A DNA stretch of 35,710 nt, from sequence record SRR20825019_2447; one strand, written 5' to 3'. The notes under the pieces are model-generated. The model did not search any database. It worked only from the letters and a program-made list of their open reading frames with translations, and had not been told where the DNA came from. This document shows, one piece after another, positions 16,592 through 26,581 of this stretch. The stretch's first letter is position 1; each line of letters begins with the position of its first letter. Both the position numbers and the translations under genes were made by a program.

Positions 16592-18724
16592 CTACCAGGC
16601 TGGCGGGGTTGCGAACCCGCTATACATCTGTGTGCCCGTACTAACGTCGCTGCACGTCTTGTCCGTTTCAGAGCTCGACGTAGCTCCCGACCTATTTGCC
16701 GAGCCGGCCCATGTATAATTGGTTGAGACAACCGCGTTGGTTTCACCGTTCGTCACAACGACCTTGCTGGCTACTCGCACCAGGTCGTATCTGAAGATCG
16801 TAATAGTCGAGGTATCGTTATGGTTCTGTTGTGAACACGTACTTTCCTCTCCCACCTTATAGGTCTTATACCCGGCGTTGGTTTCCTGGCAGATATTCCC
16901 TTCGCGAACCGGCGTCCCGACCCCTTCATCTTTTAAGTATTCGGAATTATCCGGGCGCGAATAGACAGCAATACTCCGTGTGGCCCGGATTGCGGCGCAC
17001 CCTTCGTAGGTACTGACACCAGTAAGTTCCAGCTTTACCCGGTCTCTTGAATAAGGCTCTGCAGGTGCTCCCGACAGCAGCTCCGACTCACTGATGACAT
17101 ATGTTCCCGAGGGAGCATTGATTGAAACTTTATGCAGCCGTTGGGCCGTCAGAGAGCCATCATCAGTAAGCCAGCCCGCAAGCTCAATATTGTGCGTGTA
17201 GGTCCGGGTTCCGGTGATGCATTCGTTGATATACTCACGCTCACCGTTTCTCATGTAATATTCACGGATCTTGTTATATGAGATCCCGGATGTCAGATCA
17301 TGGTCCCAGGTTGCCGGATCCTCGCATCCGTCTGTTGTGCTGCTAAGCAATAGATTGCCTGCCGCGGGCCTGCATTCCGTGATGTAGGAATCAACCCCTT
17401 CGACGGTGATCTGTAATCGGTATTGCTCAGTGACCGTTTGACTGACGTCATCAACAATGGGCTCACAAACGCGTCGCCCGCCCTCATCAACAAATGTCTT
17501 CACATGCGAAAATGTGTCGCCGTTATCGATGCAAGAGCCGGCATCCCAGGTCACACCGTCCAAAGTGTATTGATGGTGGCCCTGCTGATAGGAAAGCTCT
17601 TCATCAAAGGCGTGCCGCACTGCGCATCCATCCGTGGTAGGAACCAACGGCACGGCCTGTTTGGTTTCTGACGCGGCACAGCCGCGCACCTCGACGGTTG
17701 CATTTACGTCATCGGCGTAGCCAAGCGTTGCTTGCGGCACCGCGAGAAGAGACGCGTAATCCAGAAAGACCGGACACCCATCATGTAGTTCTACGATTTC
17801 GTATGTTTTGTCTTCGTCATCAACACAATCTTGTGCCGTTACACGGCCGCCGCCTGGCCCTGTATAATAAAGCTCAAACTGCGCCGTTGCCGTTCGCGCA
17901 TTTAAATCAACCCGATCCGGGCATGAGGCATATGACCGTTCGAGCGGATATCGTGCGTTCCCGTCTTCGCAGAGTGTTTCCGTGCGATCGCTCCCTTCGA
18001 CCGTCACCACTTTGCTTTGCTGAACGGCTACCAGTTGGCCGATATCGACACGAATTGGACACCCGTCCGTCACGACCTCTACCGATATTGAAGGTGCTTC
18101 AGCAGGTGATTTTTTTATTGGATCCGGTGACTGATAACCCGCCGCGTCGTCGTTCGAGCCGCTATTGCTCCCGACGACCGCTTGCTCGTCGTCGCCTGCA
18201 GCTTCCTGTTTCTCTTCTGTCTCTCCTTCCTCTTCTTTGACAACAAGCCTTTTCAGAGCCTCAAGAAGCTCGTAATGATCGCCCTCGACCGTGACCTTTT
18301 CGGCGCTGCTGAGTGCAGGGTTTGAAAGCTCAAACTGTGCGTAAAAATTGTCTGTTGTTAGGGTTTCCGCTTTCTCGCCTTTGCGCACCCCCGACATGAC
18401 AAGCTGAGCTACCTTTTTGTCGTCAACCTGGACAAAGCGCGAATAGGCATCAACAGTCACGCCTCGGGTTAGATGACTCGGAATATGCGGTACTTTTTCG
18501 AAGTTCATCTCGAACATCACCGGATCTTCTTCTGGGATCTCAATCGGCGCATTCGGGCGCAGATCGATATCGATCTTTTTCGTATGTTCCTGGACGGCCT
18601 CGCCTATTTCCCCCGCTTGGGTGTCTACGGTTTTCGCCCTTTGTGTTTGTGAAGACACCGGCATGACAAAGATCATCAGACCAGCAATTACAAAAAACAT
18701 AAAACTTATGTAATGCCTCGCCAT
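16592..18724 (-). CDS. Exported acidic protein with Cys-paired repeats, unknown function, inside the T4SS operon
   Basis: 710-aa ORF coupled to virB10 (1-bp overlap) and 6 bp from virB11; signal-peptide-like N-terminus; six C-x(29-34)-C modules. Confidence 0.85.
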   Translation of the reverse strand: MARHYISFMFFVIAGLMIFVMPVSSQTQRAKTVDTQAGEIGEAVQEHTKKIDIDLRPNAPIEIPEEDPVMFEMNFEKVPHIPSHLTRGVTVDAYSRFVQVDDKKVAQLVMSGVRKGEKAETLTTDNFYAQFELSNPALSSAEKVTVEGDHYELLEALKRLVVKEEEGETEEKQEAAGDDEQAVVGSNSGSNDDAAGYQSPDPIKKSPAEAPSISVEVVTDGCPIRVDIGQLVAVQQSKVVTVEGSDRTETLCEDGNARYPLERSYASCPDRVDLNARTATAQFELYYTGPGGGRVTAQDCVDDEDKTYEIVELHDGCPVFLDYASLLAVPQATLGYADDVNATVEVRGCAASETKQAVPLVPTTDGCAVRHAFDEELSYQQGHHQYTLDGVTWDAGSCIDNGDTFSHVKTFVDEGGRRVCEPIVDDVSQTVTEQYRLQITVEGVDSYITECRPAAGNLLLSSTTDGCEDPATWDHDLTSGISYNKIREYYMRNGEREYINECITGTRTYTHNIELAGWLTDDGSLTAQRLHKVSINAPSGTYVISESELLSGAPAEPYSRDRVKLELTGVSTYEGCAAIRATRSIAVYSRPDNSEYLKDEGVGTPVREGNICQETNAGYKTYKVGEESTCSQQNHNDTSTITIFRYDLVRVASKVVVTNGETNAVVSTNYTWAGSANRSGATSSSETDKTCSDVSTGTQMYSGFATPPAW

Positions 18725-19797
18725 TAGTAATCCTCCATCTTCGCTATGTACCAGTCCGTCCTCGGTCTGATTTGAAGGCGTGTGCCTTGCGGCACTGTGA
18801 TTATGGGATTCAGCTCAAGTGTCCGTTCCAGCACACCAGCGCTGATTTCCCCTAGCCGCTCCGACAATTCCGAAGAGCCTGATTCAAGACCAGATTGGAG
18901 GCCATTGCTATCTTCATCATCAGACGCGCCTGCAACGGCGCTGGATAAGGCTACACCCGTCGAAATGCCCGTCAGCAAGAAAGCAGTGCCATAGCGCTCT
19001 CCGAAGCGATCATCTACTTCGCCAGAAGTACCGGCCCTGCCCTGCACGTCCGCGAGAAGGCTACCCAGGTCTCGAATTTCCGCTCGATGTCCCGCGAGCA
19101 AGATGCGCTCACACTCAACAGCCAATCGGCTTGAGCCAAAATCCTCGGGCTCTGAGTAATTGCAAATTATGCGGGATCCTTTTGGCACCAGCACATTGCG
19201 CCCGTGGTATCCATAGACATCGCGGGAAACCTGCACATTGACTGTGCCGGTAGATCCCCCGCCAATCTGGCTGTTGATCCCGGTTTCCAAGACAACAGAA
19301 ATGTACCTATCGGCCGCCAGGATCCTACTGTTATCGACCGGATATCCCGACGTTCTGCGATCACCTTCGTAATCCGAGGTCTTAATTGAGTGCGTCGGTG
19401 CCAGTGCGCTTTCAACGGGTTTCATAGGCGCCGTCGAGACTGGTTTTGCAATGTTGATCGGCCGATCTGGCATAACCAAATCGAGGCCGCGAACAGAGCG
19501 CCTTGGCGGTGCATCATACAGAGCCGTCAGAGCGCTCACCAACGGATCTGGTGGCGGTGACGGAGCCTCCTTCACGACAACTGGTTCGGCCTTCGGCCGG
19601 GGGGCCTCCCGTATGACGATGGGCGGAAATTTTGGTGGTGGTGCCGGTCTTACTATTTCGACCGGCACCGTCGGCAATGCATACGCCGAGTGATCGTCTG
19701 CCGGTAATTGGAATTCGCTTCGCTCGACTACACCGGTCGCGCACAAACCGTTTAGGGTGAGGCCAACTGCGAGCGCAATATCACAGAATGCGCTCAT
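18724..19797 (-). CDS. virB10: VirB10/TrbI core complex protein
   Basis: Pro-rich linker, VLETGINSQ, VSRDVY, LVPKGSRI, DVQGRAGTSGEVDDRF, PIITVPQGTR. Confidence 0.92.
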   Translation of the reverse strand: MSAFCDIALAVGLTLNGLCATGVVERSEFQLPADDHSAYALPTVPVEIVRPAPPPKFPPIVIREAPRPKAEPVVVKEAPSPPPDPLVSALTALYDAPPRRSVRGLDLVMPDRPINIAKPVSTAPMKPVESALAPTHSIKTSDYEGDRRTSGYPVDNSRILAADRYISVVLETGINSQIGGGSTGTVNVQVSRDVYGYHGRNVLVPKGSRIICNYSEPEDFGSSRLAVECERILLAGHRAEIRDLGSLLADVQGRAGTSGEVDDRFGERYGTAFLLTGISTGVALSSAVAGASDDEDSNGLQSGLESGSSELSERLGEISAGVLERTLELNPIITVPQGTRLQIRPRTDWYIAKMEDY

Positions 19798-19798
19798 G

Positions 19799-20851
19799 TC
19801 AGGTCCCCGTGTACTTGATGCAAAGGAAGCTCTTGCCGGACTTCAGCGAAATCAGCTCTCGCGTGCTTTCAACAATAAATACCTTGCCCTGGACACGTGT
19901 ATTAACCGTCTCATCGATCTCATCCACGACGACATAGGCAACCGGCAACTCCATATCCTTCCACTTTTCTCCGAAATCGATATAGGTGAAATGATCATCG
20001 CGGTAGACGCGTTCGGGCACCAAGGAATCGTCGTCGCCCCACATTTCATAGTCCTCGAATCCGCGAAGTTTCGCCGGATCAAACTCGACGTTCGCCACGA
20101 AATCATCCCTCGGCGTAGTCGGATTTGTTGTGGTTAAATCGGCAACAATTTTGTCAAGGTCTGGGTGAGACCCACTCTTTTCCAAACTGTCTGTTGGTGA
20201 AATTACAGCGTCGGGCTCAGCGTTTTTCTCGAGGGACGACACAATGCCTGGCACCGCAATTTCTTCCTCAATCGACACCCGGCCCGTAATGCGAAAAACG
20301 ACATCGGGGGAGTTCTTGGAGTTAAAGCCTTCGGCGCGAAGATAGAACGGGTAAACTCGGCCGCTATCTCCATAAATTAGTAACGTGCTGTCATAGCCAG
20401 CACCGGTCGGGCGGAGCACCATTCTGTTGTCTCCGCGTGTTTGAATTTTGAAGCCATCCGGATCGCCAATATCCGCGCTTCCAATCCGTTCACCGCGCGG
20501 CAGCTCGATAACCGATACGACCCACTCTCGCAGGCGCATCTTATAGACGCAGCCATCACATATCGCAGTGATATAGACGGCATCTGTTAGGTCGCTCTCG
20601 TCCCACTGTTCCTGTATCTGACCTGGGGACCGTGGCCGCACCAATTGACCGTAATTACCGTCGAACTGCTCCCGTGTTTGATCGAGCACGGAATCTGGCA
20701 TTGGCAATCGCTGCACCTTTTGCACCTCTGTAACTGGTGCGTTTGCCGGGCGTGGAATTGAGCGAGATGGTGTCTGGGCTCCCGCCGAGACGGTCAGGAC
20801 AGCCAGGAGTACGAAAACAATCCCTTGGCACGCGAACAATTTCGTTTTCAT
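19799..20851 (-). CDS. virB9: VirB9/TrbG core complex protein
   Basis: Signal peptide, IELPRGERI...IGD, LVPERVYRDDHFTYIDF...LPV; position between virB8 and virB10. Confidence 0.88.
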   Translation of the reverse strand: MKTKLFACQGIVFVLLAVLTVSAGAQTPSRSIPRPANAPVTEVQKVQRLPMPDSVLDQTREQFDGNYGQLVRPRSPGQIQEQWDESDLTDAVYITAICDGCVYKMRLREWVVSVIELPRGERIGSADIGDPDGFKIQTRGDNRMVLRPTGAGYDSTLLIYGDSGRVYPFYLRAEGFNSKNSPDVVFRITGRVSIEEEIAVPGIVSSLEKNAEPDAVISPTDSLEKSGSHPDLDKIVADLTTTNPTTPRDDFVANVEFDPAKLRGFEDYEMWGDDDSLVPERVYRDDHFTYIDFGEKWKDMELPVAYVVVDEIDETVNTRVQGKVFIVESTRELISLKSGKSFLCIKYTGT

Positions 20852-21534
20852 CAGGATCTTTCCTTCACAACCATGTCGGTAATCAAAATGCCAAGCGGAT
20901 TGATATAGCGATCAGCTTCCCGCACTTCGTTGACCCGAGTGATCATTGTCAAATACGCTTGAAGGTCTTTGCGGCCGACCTCAACGCCCTTACGCGTGTC
21001 TATCTGCTCGAACTCGACCGACATTAAATATCCGCCTGATTTACCTTCTACCTTGCTCGCCGTTCTCACATGAATTCTGCGCACGAGCCCATTTTTGAGA
21101 GCCGTTGCCATCTCCTTCGTATCAAGCCGATTTTGGCGGAGCTGTTTCCAGAATCTCTTTTCCGTCATGAGCATCGCTTCTCGATGACGCGATTCTTGCG
21201 TTGGTTTGTCTACTTCCAGAACTAGCCGAACATAGGTTTGCGCTTGGCTTTCGAGATAGTTGACGAACCCCTCCACTTGTTCCGTTATGGGCTCAACCCG
21301 GTAAAGGCGGTCGTCCGGACCATAGGTGCGAACAAGCGCTATCTGCGTTTCTTTGAGCGGGGCTAACTCCGCAATCCCATTCACTAAAAGAATCACGGCA
21401 ATTACGAGCGCGACGTTCGTCATCACAGACAGTCTCAATACGAATGCCAGACGACGGTGTGCTATTTCGAAGCGGTACGGATCCGACGCGATGGAGGAAC
21501 CGTGCCCGCCAACCCCCGTTATACTTTCTGCCAT
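20851..21534 (-). CDS. virB8: VirB8-family inner membrane protein
   Basis: Single TM followed by LAPLKET, YVRL, and C-terminal RYINPLGILIT; start at ATG 21534. Confidence 0.85.
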   Translation of the reverse strand: MAESITGVGGHGSSIASDPYRFEIAHRRLAFVLRLSVMTNVALVIAVILLVNGIAELAPLKETQIALVRTYGPDDRLYRVEPITEQVEGFVNYLESQAQTYVRLVLEVDKPTQESRHREAMLMTEKRFWKQLRQNRLDTKEMATALKNGLVRRIHVRTASKVEGKSGGYLMSVEFEQIDTRKGVEVGRKDLQAYLTMITRVNEVREADRYINPLGILITDMVVKERS

Positions 21535-21719
21535 GACGCTCCCCCCGGCTTGTATTCGAGCTGATAGCAAGCGCATGGCGATTTTTTCATCTCATCGGAC
21601 CCTTCCAAATCGTCCGGAAGCTCGTGAGCCGCGCATCCTGAAAGGACGAGCAAAGACAGCAGAGCGACAAAAGCAAATCGCCGGTTCGTGTTCGGTTTCG
21701 GATATTCCGTTTTGTTCAT
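21519..21719 (-). CDS. virB7: VirB7-like small lipoprotein
   Basis: 66 aa, lipobox LSGC, KKSPCAC motif, located between virB6 and virB8. Confidence 0.75.
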   Translation of the reverse strand: MNKTEYPKPNTNRRFAFVALLSLLVLSGCAAHELPDDLEGSDEMKKSPCACYQLEYKPGGASWQKV

Positions 21720-21721
21720 GG

Positions 21722-22864
21722 TTAGCTCCCTGACGAGTTGTGCGAGTTATCAATGCCGGGCTCATTGAACCGATCACTTCCTTGAGCATTGCTCTCTGAG
21801 GATCCAGTGCCGGCGTTGCTCCCCGACCCTCTTCCTTGATCGATTAGACTCTTGCCTTTTTGCCAAATTTGACCCGCGCGGCCTTTGCCGTGATTCAGCA
21901 GCGTCAGTCCCGTTGCTGTTGCGCCTGCCGTTATGATGGCGGCCGCCTGATTAGTGAGTTTTGCTTCTGAAATCGAATTGGCGATCGATGTCGCTTCAGC
22001 CATGAAAGCGGTGCCGAGCCATCCGAGCATGATCGTGACCCAGAGGCGGGGATTGCTCCAATTCAAGAAGCCAGCAACTTCTTCTTCAATCGGCTCACCC
22101 GCAATATCCATTGAGGACACACCGTATAGGCAGACTGCCAAGGCGATGGTGGCCCCAAACAGGACCATGAAGCTGGCAAACATGGTTCTCAGACCGCTGA
22201 AAACCATGCCGCGCCCAAAATTGAAGCCGAACATCAACATCAGGATCGGTGAAAGCGCCGCGATCATCATCACACGGAAGATGGTGACGACGACTTGCGC
22301 AAAATAAACGATCAGTAAAATGGCGTAGGGCAGCAAGATTAGAAAGCCGGTGACGTAAGCGCCAATCGACGGGCCCCACCCTGGCGCGTTAGCAATCATC
22401 AGACCAACCATTTCGAATACCTTAAAAATCCCTTGTTCCGCGGTCATGACTAGAGAGGTCATTCCGTCAAGATTGGTCACTCCATTTGATGCAAGGGTAT
22501 CTGGCTGGCCGCCTGTAACTCCTGTTTCGTCGGCAATTGTGCCGGTTGAAAGCACCGCCGACGCCGCACCGGAAATTGTTGAAAGGGAAGCCGAATAAAG
22601 TGAATTAACCAGCTCCGGGCCTTGCCCAGAGAGCATGCCAGCGGCTATAATCATGTAAATAAACTCGCGTCCAAATTCGCGAACATCCAATGATCCGAGG
22701 ATTATTTTAATGCCGTGCACAACAATCCATAGACTCGCTAAAGAGCCAAATAAGATCCACATGGGTTCAACAATGGAATTGCTTAGGTCGCTAGTGAATT
22801 TTCCAGCGAGATCAACGTATGAATTCACTACGGCGCAAGTGAAGCATTCGCTTTCATTAGCCAT
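21722..22864 (-). CDS. virB6: VirB6/TrbL-family polytopic membrane protein
   Basis: Multiple TM segments, AALSPILMLMFGF, Gly/Ser-rich tail; start at ATG 22864 preceded by GAGGG. Confidence 0.85.
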   Translation of the reverse strand: MANESECFTCAVVNSYVDLAGKFTSDLSNSIVEPMWILFGSLASLWIVVHGIKIILGSLDVREFGREFIYMIIAAGMLSGQGPELVNSLYSASLSTISGAASAVLSTGTIADETGVTGGQPDTLASNGVTNLDGMTSLVMTAEQGIFKVFEMVGLMIANAPGWGPSIGAYVTGFLILLPYAILLIVYFAQVVVTIFRVMMIAALSPILMLMFGFNFGRGMVFSGLRTMFASFMVLFGATIALAVCLYGVSSMDIAGEPIEEEVAGFLNWSNPRLWVTIMLGWLGTAFMAEATSIANSISEAKLTNQAAAIITAGATATGLTLLNHGKGRAGQIWQKGKSLIDQGRGSGSNAGTGSSESNAQGSDRFNEPGIDNSHNSSGS

Positions 22865-23363
22865 GATTGTTGCCCTCGCATTCCTGCCTATGAAAGATGC
22901 CCAAGCGTTCGGCTGGAGCCAAAAAATCACCAAAGACAGTTTTTATGATTTTGACCGTGCGCAGGAATGGTGGAACACAATCAAAACTCGCGAAGAGTTC
23001 GAGGGACGGAAACGAGCGCTTCGTAAACCATTCGGTTTGTGGACCCCGACAAAATCGATGGTTGAGCGCTACAAGAACGATTCCAGTTACGAAGGCCGAC
23101 AGGAATACTTCGATTTCATGCAGCTTTTTTATCTTTGGCAGCAAATCGAGGCAGCTTCTGTCTCGTCTTGGGCAAATCAATTCGGCGCAATTCCTGGATC
23201 CGTTCCAACGCCTTGGGGCGTTAATTCTCCTGAGGAATGCGAAAGAATGTCCAACCTCAATATCTTCTCTGGCGACTGCACCAATGTTCCCAATTGGATG
23301 GACAAAGCCATGCAAGCGAGGATTGCGAAGGCAATCGACACCCATCAAAAGAAAAGCAATTGA
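22839..23363 (+). CDS. Hypothetical exported protein, antisense to the T4SS operon
   Basis: From GTG 22839: MKHSLSLAMIVALAFLPMKDAQA/FGW signal peptide with AxA site, protein-like K/E/W composition, two Cys; fills the virB5-virB6 gap. Start uncertain. Confidence 0.6.
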   Translation: MKHSLSLAMIVALAFLPMKDAQAFGWSQKITKDSFYDFDRAQEWWNTIKTREEFEGRKRALRKPFGLWTPTKSMVERYKNDSSYEGRQEYFDFMQLFYLWQQIEAASVSSWANQFGAIPGSVPTPWGVNSPEECERMSNLNIFSGDCTNVPNWMDKAMQARIAKAIDTHQKKSN

Positions 23364-23384
23364 TCGCGAGAATCGAGGGGACAT

Positions 23385-24227
23385 TTAATTGTTACCCTCG
23401 ATTTCTTCTTTCTCTGTAATTTCAATGTTATCCGTTGCCGGAAGCGACATACCCATAAGCAAAGAGGAAAGCAGCTCAACCTGCTTTGCCTGTAATTGGT
23501 TCGACTGAACTTGGAGCTGCGCTTGGAGCACAATGCCTTGTGCAATGACTGCAAGGCGCGAGTTCTGGTCCTTTGCGGCCAATACACTGTTTTGTAACTC
23601 CTGGACCGCACGCCCATTCGTTTCAGGAACATCCGTTGTATTGAGTTTTGCCAAGGCGAGGCCGCTGACAACCGCTTCCTTAGAGACAGCATGGCGCCGA
23701 TAATTGACCGCCTTGACCTCTTCTGATCGCTCCCGCCAGGTCAATGGGCGCTCGTCGTCCTCAACTTCTGCCCCTTTAATAAAAAGCGCTTTGGAATAGG
23801 CCGTGCGGCCAGCACAAATACTGGCGAAATTTAAATTCTCGAAGCCCAGTGTCGGATAAGCGTCATTGAGATTGTTTATTAGACATCCGACATCGCTATT
23901 CAACCGGCCGGTTAGCCGCTCCAGATTGACCGTTGGGAGTGTTATTGCGCCGGCTGTCCCAACAGCATTGAGAGTGTCGTTGGCGACTGCAGATATCTCC
24001 TGGAGCCACGTTATTTGATCGAGCGCTGCCTGCAGTTGCTCTTTCATATTGTTTATCTGTTGGGTCAGTTTTGTAATTGCCGTTGCGTCAACAACCGCCA
24101 TAGCGGCTACCGCAATCGTTGGCACACCGATGATAAGGCCGCTCACCACTGCTAAGCGGATGGTGAACTTGCGAAATGTGATCCAGCCGTTCGCCATCAA
24201 AGATGCCTTCGCCATTCCTGCCCCCAC
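23385..24227 (-). CDS. virB5: VirB5/TrbJ-like minor pilin
   Basis: Signal peptide followed by MAVVDATAITKLTQQINNMKEQL; Gln-rich helical protein between virB4 and virB6. Start uncertain. Confidence 0.65.
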   Translation of the reverse strand: MGAGMAKASLMANGWITFRKFTIRLAVVSGLIIGVPTIAVAAMAVVDATAITKLTQQINNMKEQLQAALDQITWLQEISAVANDTLNAVGTAGAITLPTVNLERLTGRLNSDVGCLINNLNDAYPTLGFENLNFASICAGRTAYSKALFIKGAEVEDDERPLTWRERSEEVKAVNYRRHAVSKEAVVSGLALAKLNTTDVPETNGRAVQELQNSVLAAKDQNSRLAVIAQGIVLQAQLQVQSNQLQAKQVELLSSLLMGMSLPATDNIEITEKEEIEGNN

Positions 24228-26581
24228 TCTTCTTGAAGTTTTTCGATCTGTTTGTTCCGATCGGGACCGCTTGCGTAGAACCGCAGCGCGTCACCAAGAT
24301 ATCCAAGATCGATATCGATGATGGCTGTCTCTTCGTATCCGCTGGAAGCATCCCGCTTGACCACCAGCGCTTCACGGTGCCCGGACTGAATTGTCCTGCC
24401 GGTAGCAAAGGCCAGTTGCTCTTCGTTCAAACCGAAGGGAGCGAAACTTTCCGGCCGGGCATTGGAATTAGGCAGGAAAATCATAGTCGCCGTGTTTTCG
24501 ATGATTGCTTTGCTATGCCGGCATGCAGCCAATGCGGCCGGATCCTGAAAAGCGAGCCCTACAACCCCGCCTAATTTCCGGTACTCCCGGTACATTTCTG
24601 CCGCAAAATCTTCGAACCCAGGATTCTCCAAAAGTTTGGCGGCTTCATCGATGAAAATCGCGAAACCTTTTCCCCCACCAGCCGTTCGCCCGATGGCGCT
24701 CGCAATATGAGATACGACAGGCGGCCCGAGCAGAGGGTCTTCAAGTGCCTCATTCATATTGATCGCGACCATAAAGTGATCGAGGACGCCGCTAAGGCTA
24801 TCGTCCGGCGCGTTGAAGACGTGTGAATGGGAGCCGATGTTGCCTTTGGCATCACGCACCCAAAGCCCCAAGCTCCGACGCAAGTTCGTATTGCGCGGAA
24901 AGGCATGCTCAAAAATGCCATTTAGAGATCGGTGCGGCGGCTCGTCCAGAAAGGCCAGATCTACTGCATGCCGGAGAATGTCACTGGCGCCGTCTTCGTA
25001 TGCGGCTTCGCCTGCAAGAAGTCTCAGCATGGCACTCACACGGTTCCGGTTGGCTACCGTGTCGGCGCCAACATCGAGCGGATTGAGCGCCAATTTCTCA
25101 TAAGGCTGGTAAACCCCGCCCATCGCTTCGACCATGAAGCGGGCGCCTTCCTTTGAATCAAAGAGGTAAGATCGCACCCCCGGAAATTTCGCCAATCCGG
25201 ATAGTAAGTGGAGCATCAATGTGGATTTGCCGCCACCAGTCGGCGCGAAAACCAAAAAATGCCCCAACGGCTTATCTTTATTCGAGACATGGAATTGAAA
25301 ATTGTAGGCTTGTCCTACGCGCGTTCTGAACAAACGCACCGGTCCTTTGCCGAACGGACTCTCATGCATGCCCGATGGCGAATGTATAAAGGGCCACAAC
25401 GCCGCGACTACGTTCTCAGTGATCGTTAGTGGCCGTAAAAATTTAGCGCCAGGTCCCGCAACACCCGCTACGACGGGTTTTGGGAGGCGATTGAACCAAC
25501 AAATGGGCGCTCCCACGGTTTCGACCGATGCTACAACTCTCCGGTCTCCCAGAACCTCTCGCACTTTGTCCACGAGCCGATCAAGTTCGGTCTCATTCGG
25601 CGCGCGGGCAACAATTTGAAACTGGCTGACGAGAAGGCACACGGTTCCGTCTGACAGTTTTTCCAGCACGTAATCTATTTCGTCGGAAAGCGCCCTATTA
25701 GGGAAGAGGATGTTCGACTTCTCCTGCCGTTGCTGACGCTTCCACATCAACAAAGCGCGGTCGCGGGCCCAGGGCTCTATGAGGTGATCAATCTCTAGAT
25801 CTCCCTCGATGGCCAGCAAAGCGGCGATAAGCTGTCCAGAGACGGCTTCGGGCCATTCCCTAATGGCTATAATTTTCTGAACCGCCTTCTCTGAACCTTC
25901 AGTGCGAACCGTTCCCGACTTGTCGAATTGGAGATCCGCTGCCGGCAGGCTTCCAGAAATTGAATGAGACCTCGCCGGAAGAACGTCGGAAAACTCGCCA
26001 CAAACCAATCCGTTCAAAAAGCCGGTCAGCTCGCAGGCGCCTTCTCCGGGCGGTGATGATTTAAGCAATTCAGGCTTAAACACACCAAGCCGACTTTTGA
26101 GAAGTAGGTCGGCATCAATGAGCGCTTGCATAGAGCGACCGGTCGCCATGAGATACCAATCAATCCGATGGCTCGACCTGTATTGTTTTTCTTCCGCCCG
26201 GCCTATTTCAGCAAGTGTCTCTACAGGCCAAGCACCCGCTACCGACAGCGGTCGTCTCCGTTTGACAACAATCAAACGCAAGGCCAGATCGGCTTTTTTG
26301 CAGAGTCCCGACAGTGCGGCTGAACGCGCTAGATGAAGCGCCTTTTGCTCTTCGTCCAATTTGGAATCATAGCTCGTCCCTTGGATCTTCCAGACTCGTG
26401 TCAACGCCCCGCATTTGTTGTGAATTGTCGCGCTGTCACTGTCTACACGGTCAATTTCCAGCTCATCATTGAGCCAGTCCTGACGAACATCCCCGAAGGC
26501 CTTTCGGCGCAACGCCGGTACTGCCAAAGCCCCAGAAAGGCCGACCGCAGCGAACGATGATAAAAGTGTTTCCCAACCCAT
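24197..26581 (-). CDS. virB4: VirB4 ATPase
   Basis: GHFLVFAPTGGGKST, FDSKEG, LNPL, IFIDEA, REYRKLGG, IFLPN. Confidence 0.93.
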   Translation of the reverse strand: MGWETLLSSFAAVGLSGALAVPALRRKAFGDVRQDWLNDELEIDRVDSDSATIHNKCGALTRVWKIQGTSYDSKLDEEQKALHLARSAALSGLCKKADLALRLIVVKRRRPLSVAGAWPVETLAEIGRAEEKQYRSSHRIDWYLMATGRSMQALIDADLLLKSRLGVFKPELLKSSPPGEGACELTGFLNGLVCGEFSDVLPARSHSISGSLPAADLQFDKSGTVRTEGSEKAVQKIIAIREWPEAVSGQLIAALLAIEGDLEIDHLIEPWARDRALLMWKRQQRQEKSNILFPNRALSDEIDYVLEKLSDGTVCLLVSQFQIVARAPNETELDRLVDKVREVLGDRRVVASVETVGAPICWFNRLPKPVVAGVAGPGAKFLRPLTITENVVAALWPFIHSPSGMHESPFGKGPVRLFRTRVGQAYNFQFHVSNKDKPLGHFLVFAPTGGGKSTLMLHLLSGLAKFPGVRSYLFDSKEGARFMVEAMGGVYQPYEKLALNPLDVGADTVANRNRVSAMLRLLAGEAAYEDGASDILRHAVDLAFLDEPPHRSLNGIFEHAFPRNTNLRRSLGLWVRDAKGNIGSHSHVFNAPDDSLSGVLDHFMVAINMNEALEDPLLGPPVVSHIASAIGRTAGGGKGFAIFIDEAAKLLENPGFEDFAAEMYREYRKLGGVVGLAFQDPAALAACRHSKAIIENTATMIFLPNSNARPESFAPFGLNEEQLAFATGRTIQSGHREALVVKRDASSGYEETAIIDIDLGYLGDALRFYASGPDRNKQIEKLQEEWGQEWRRHL

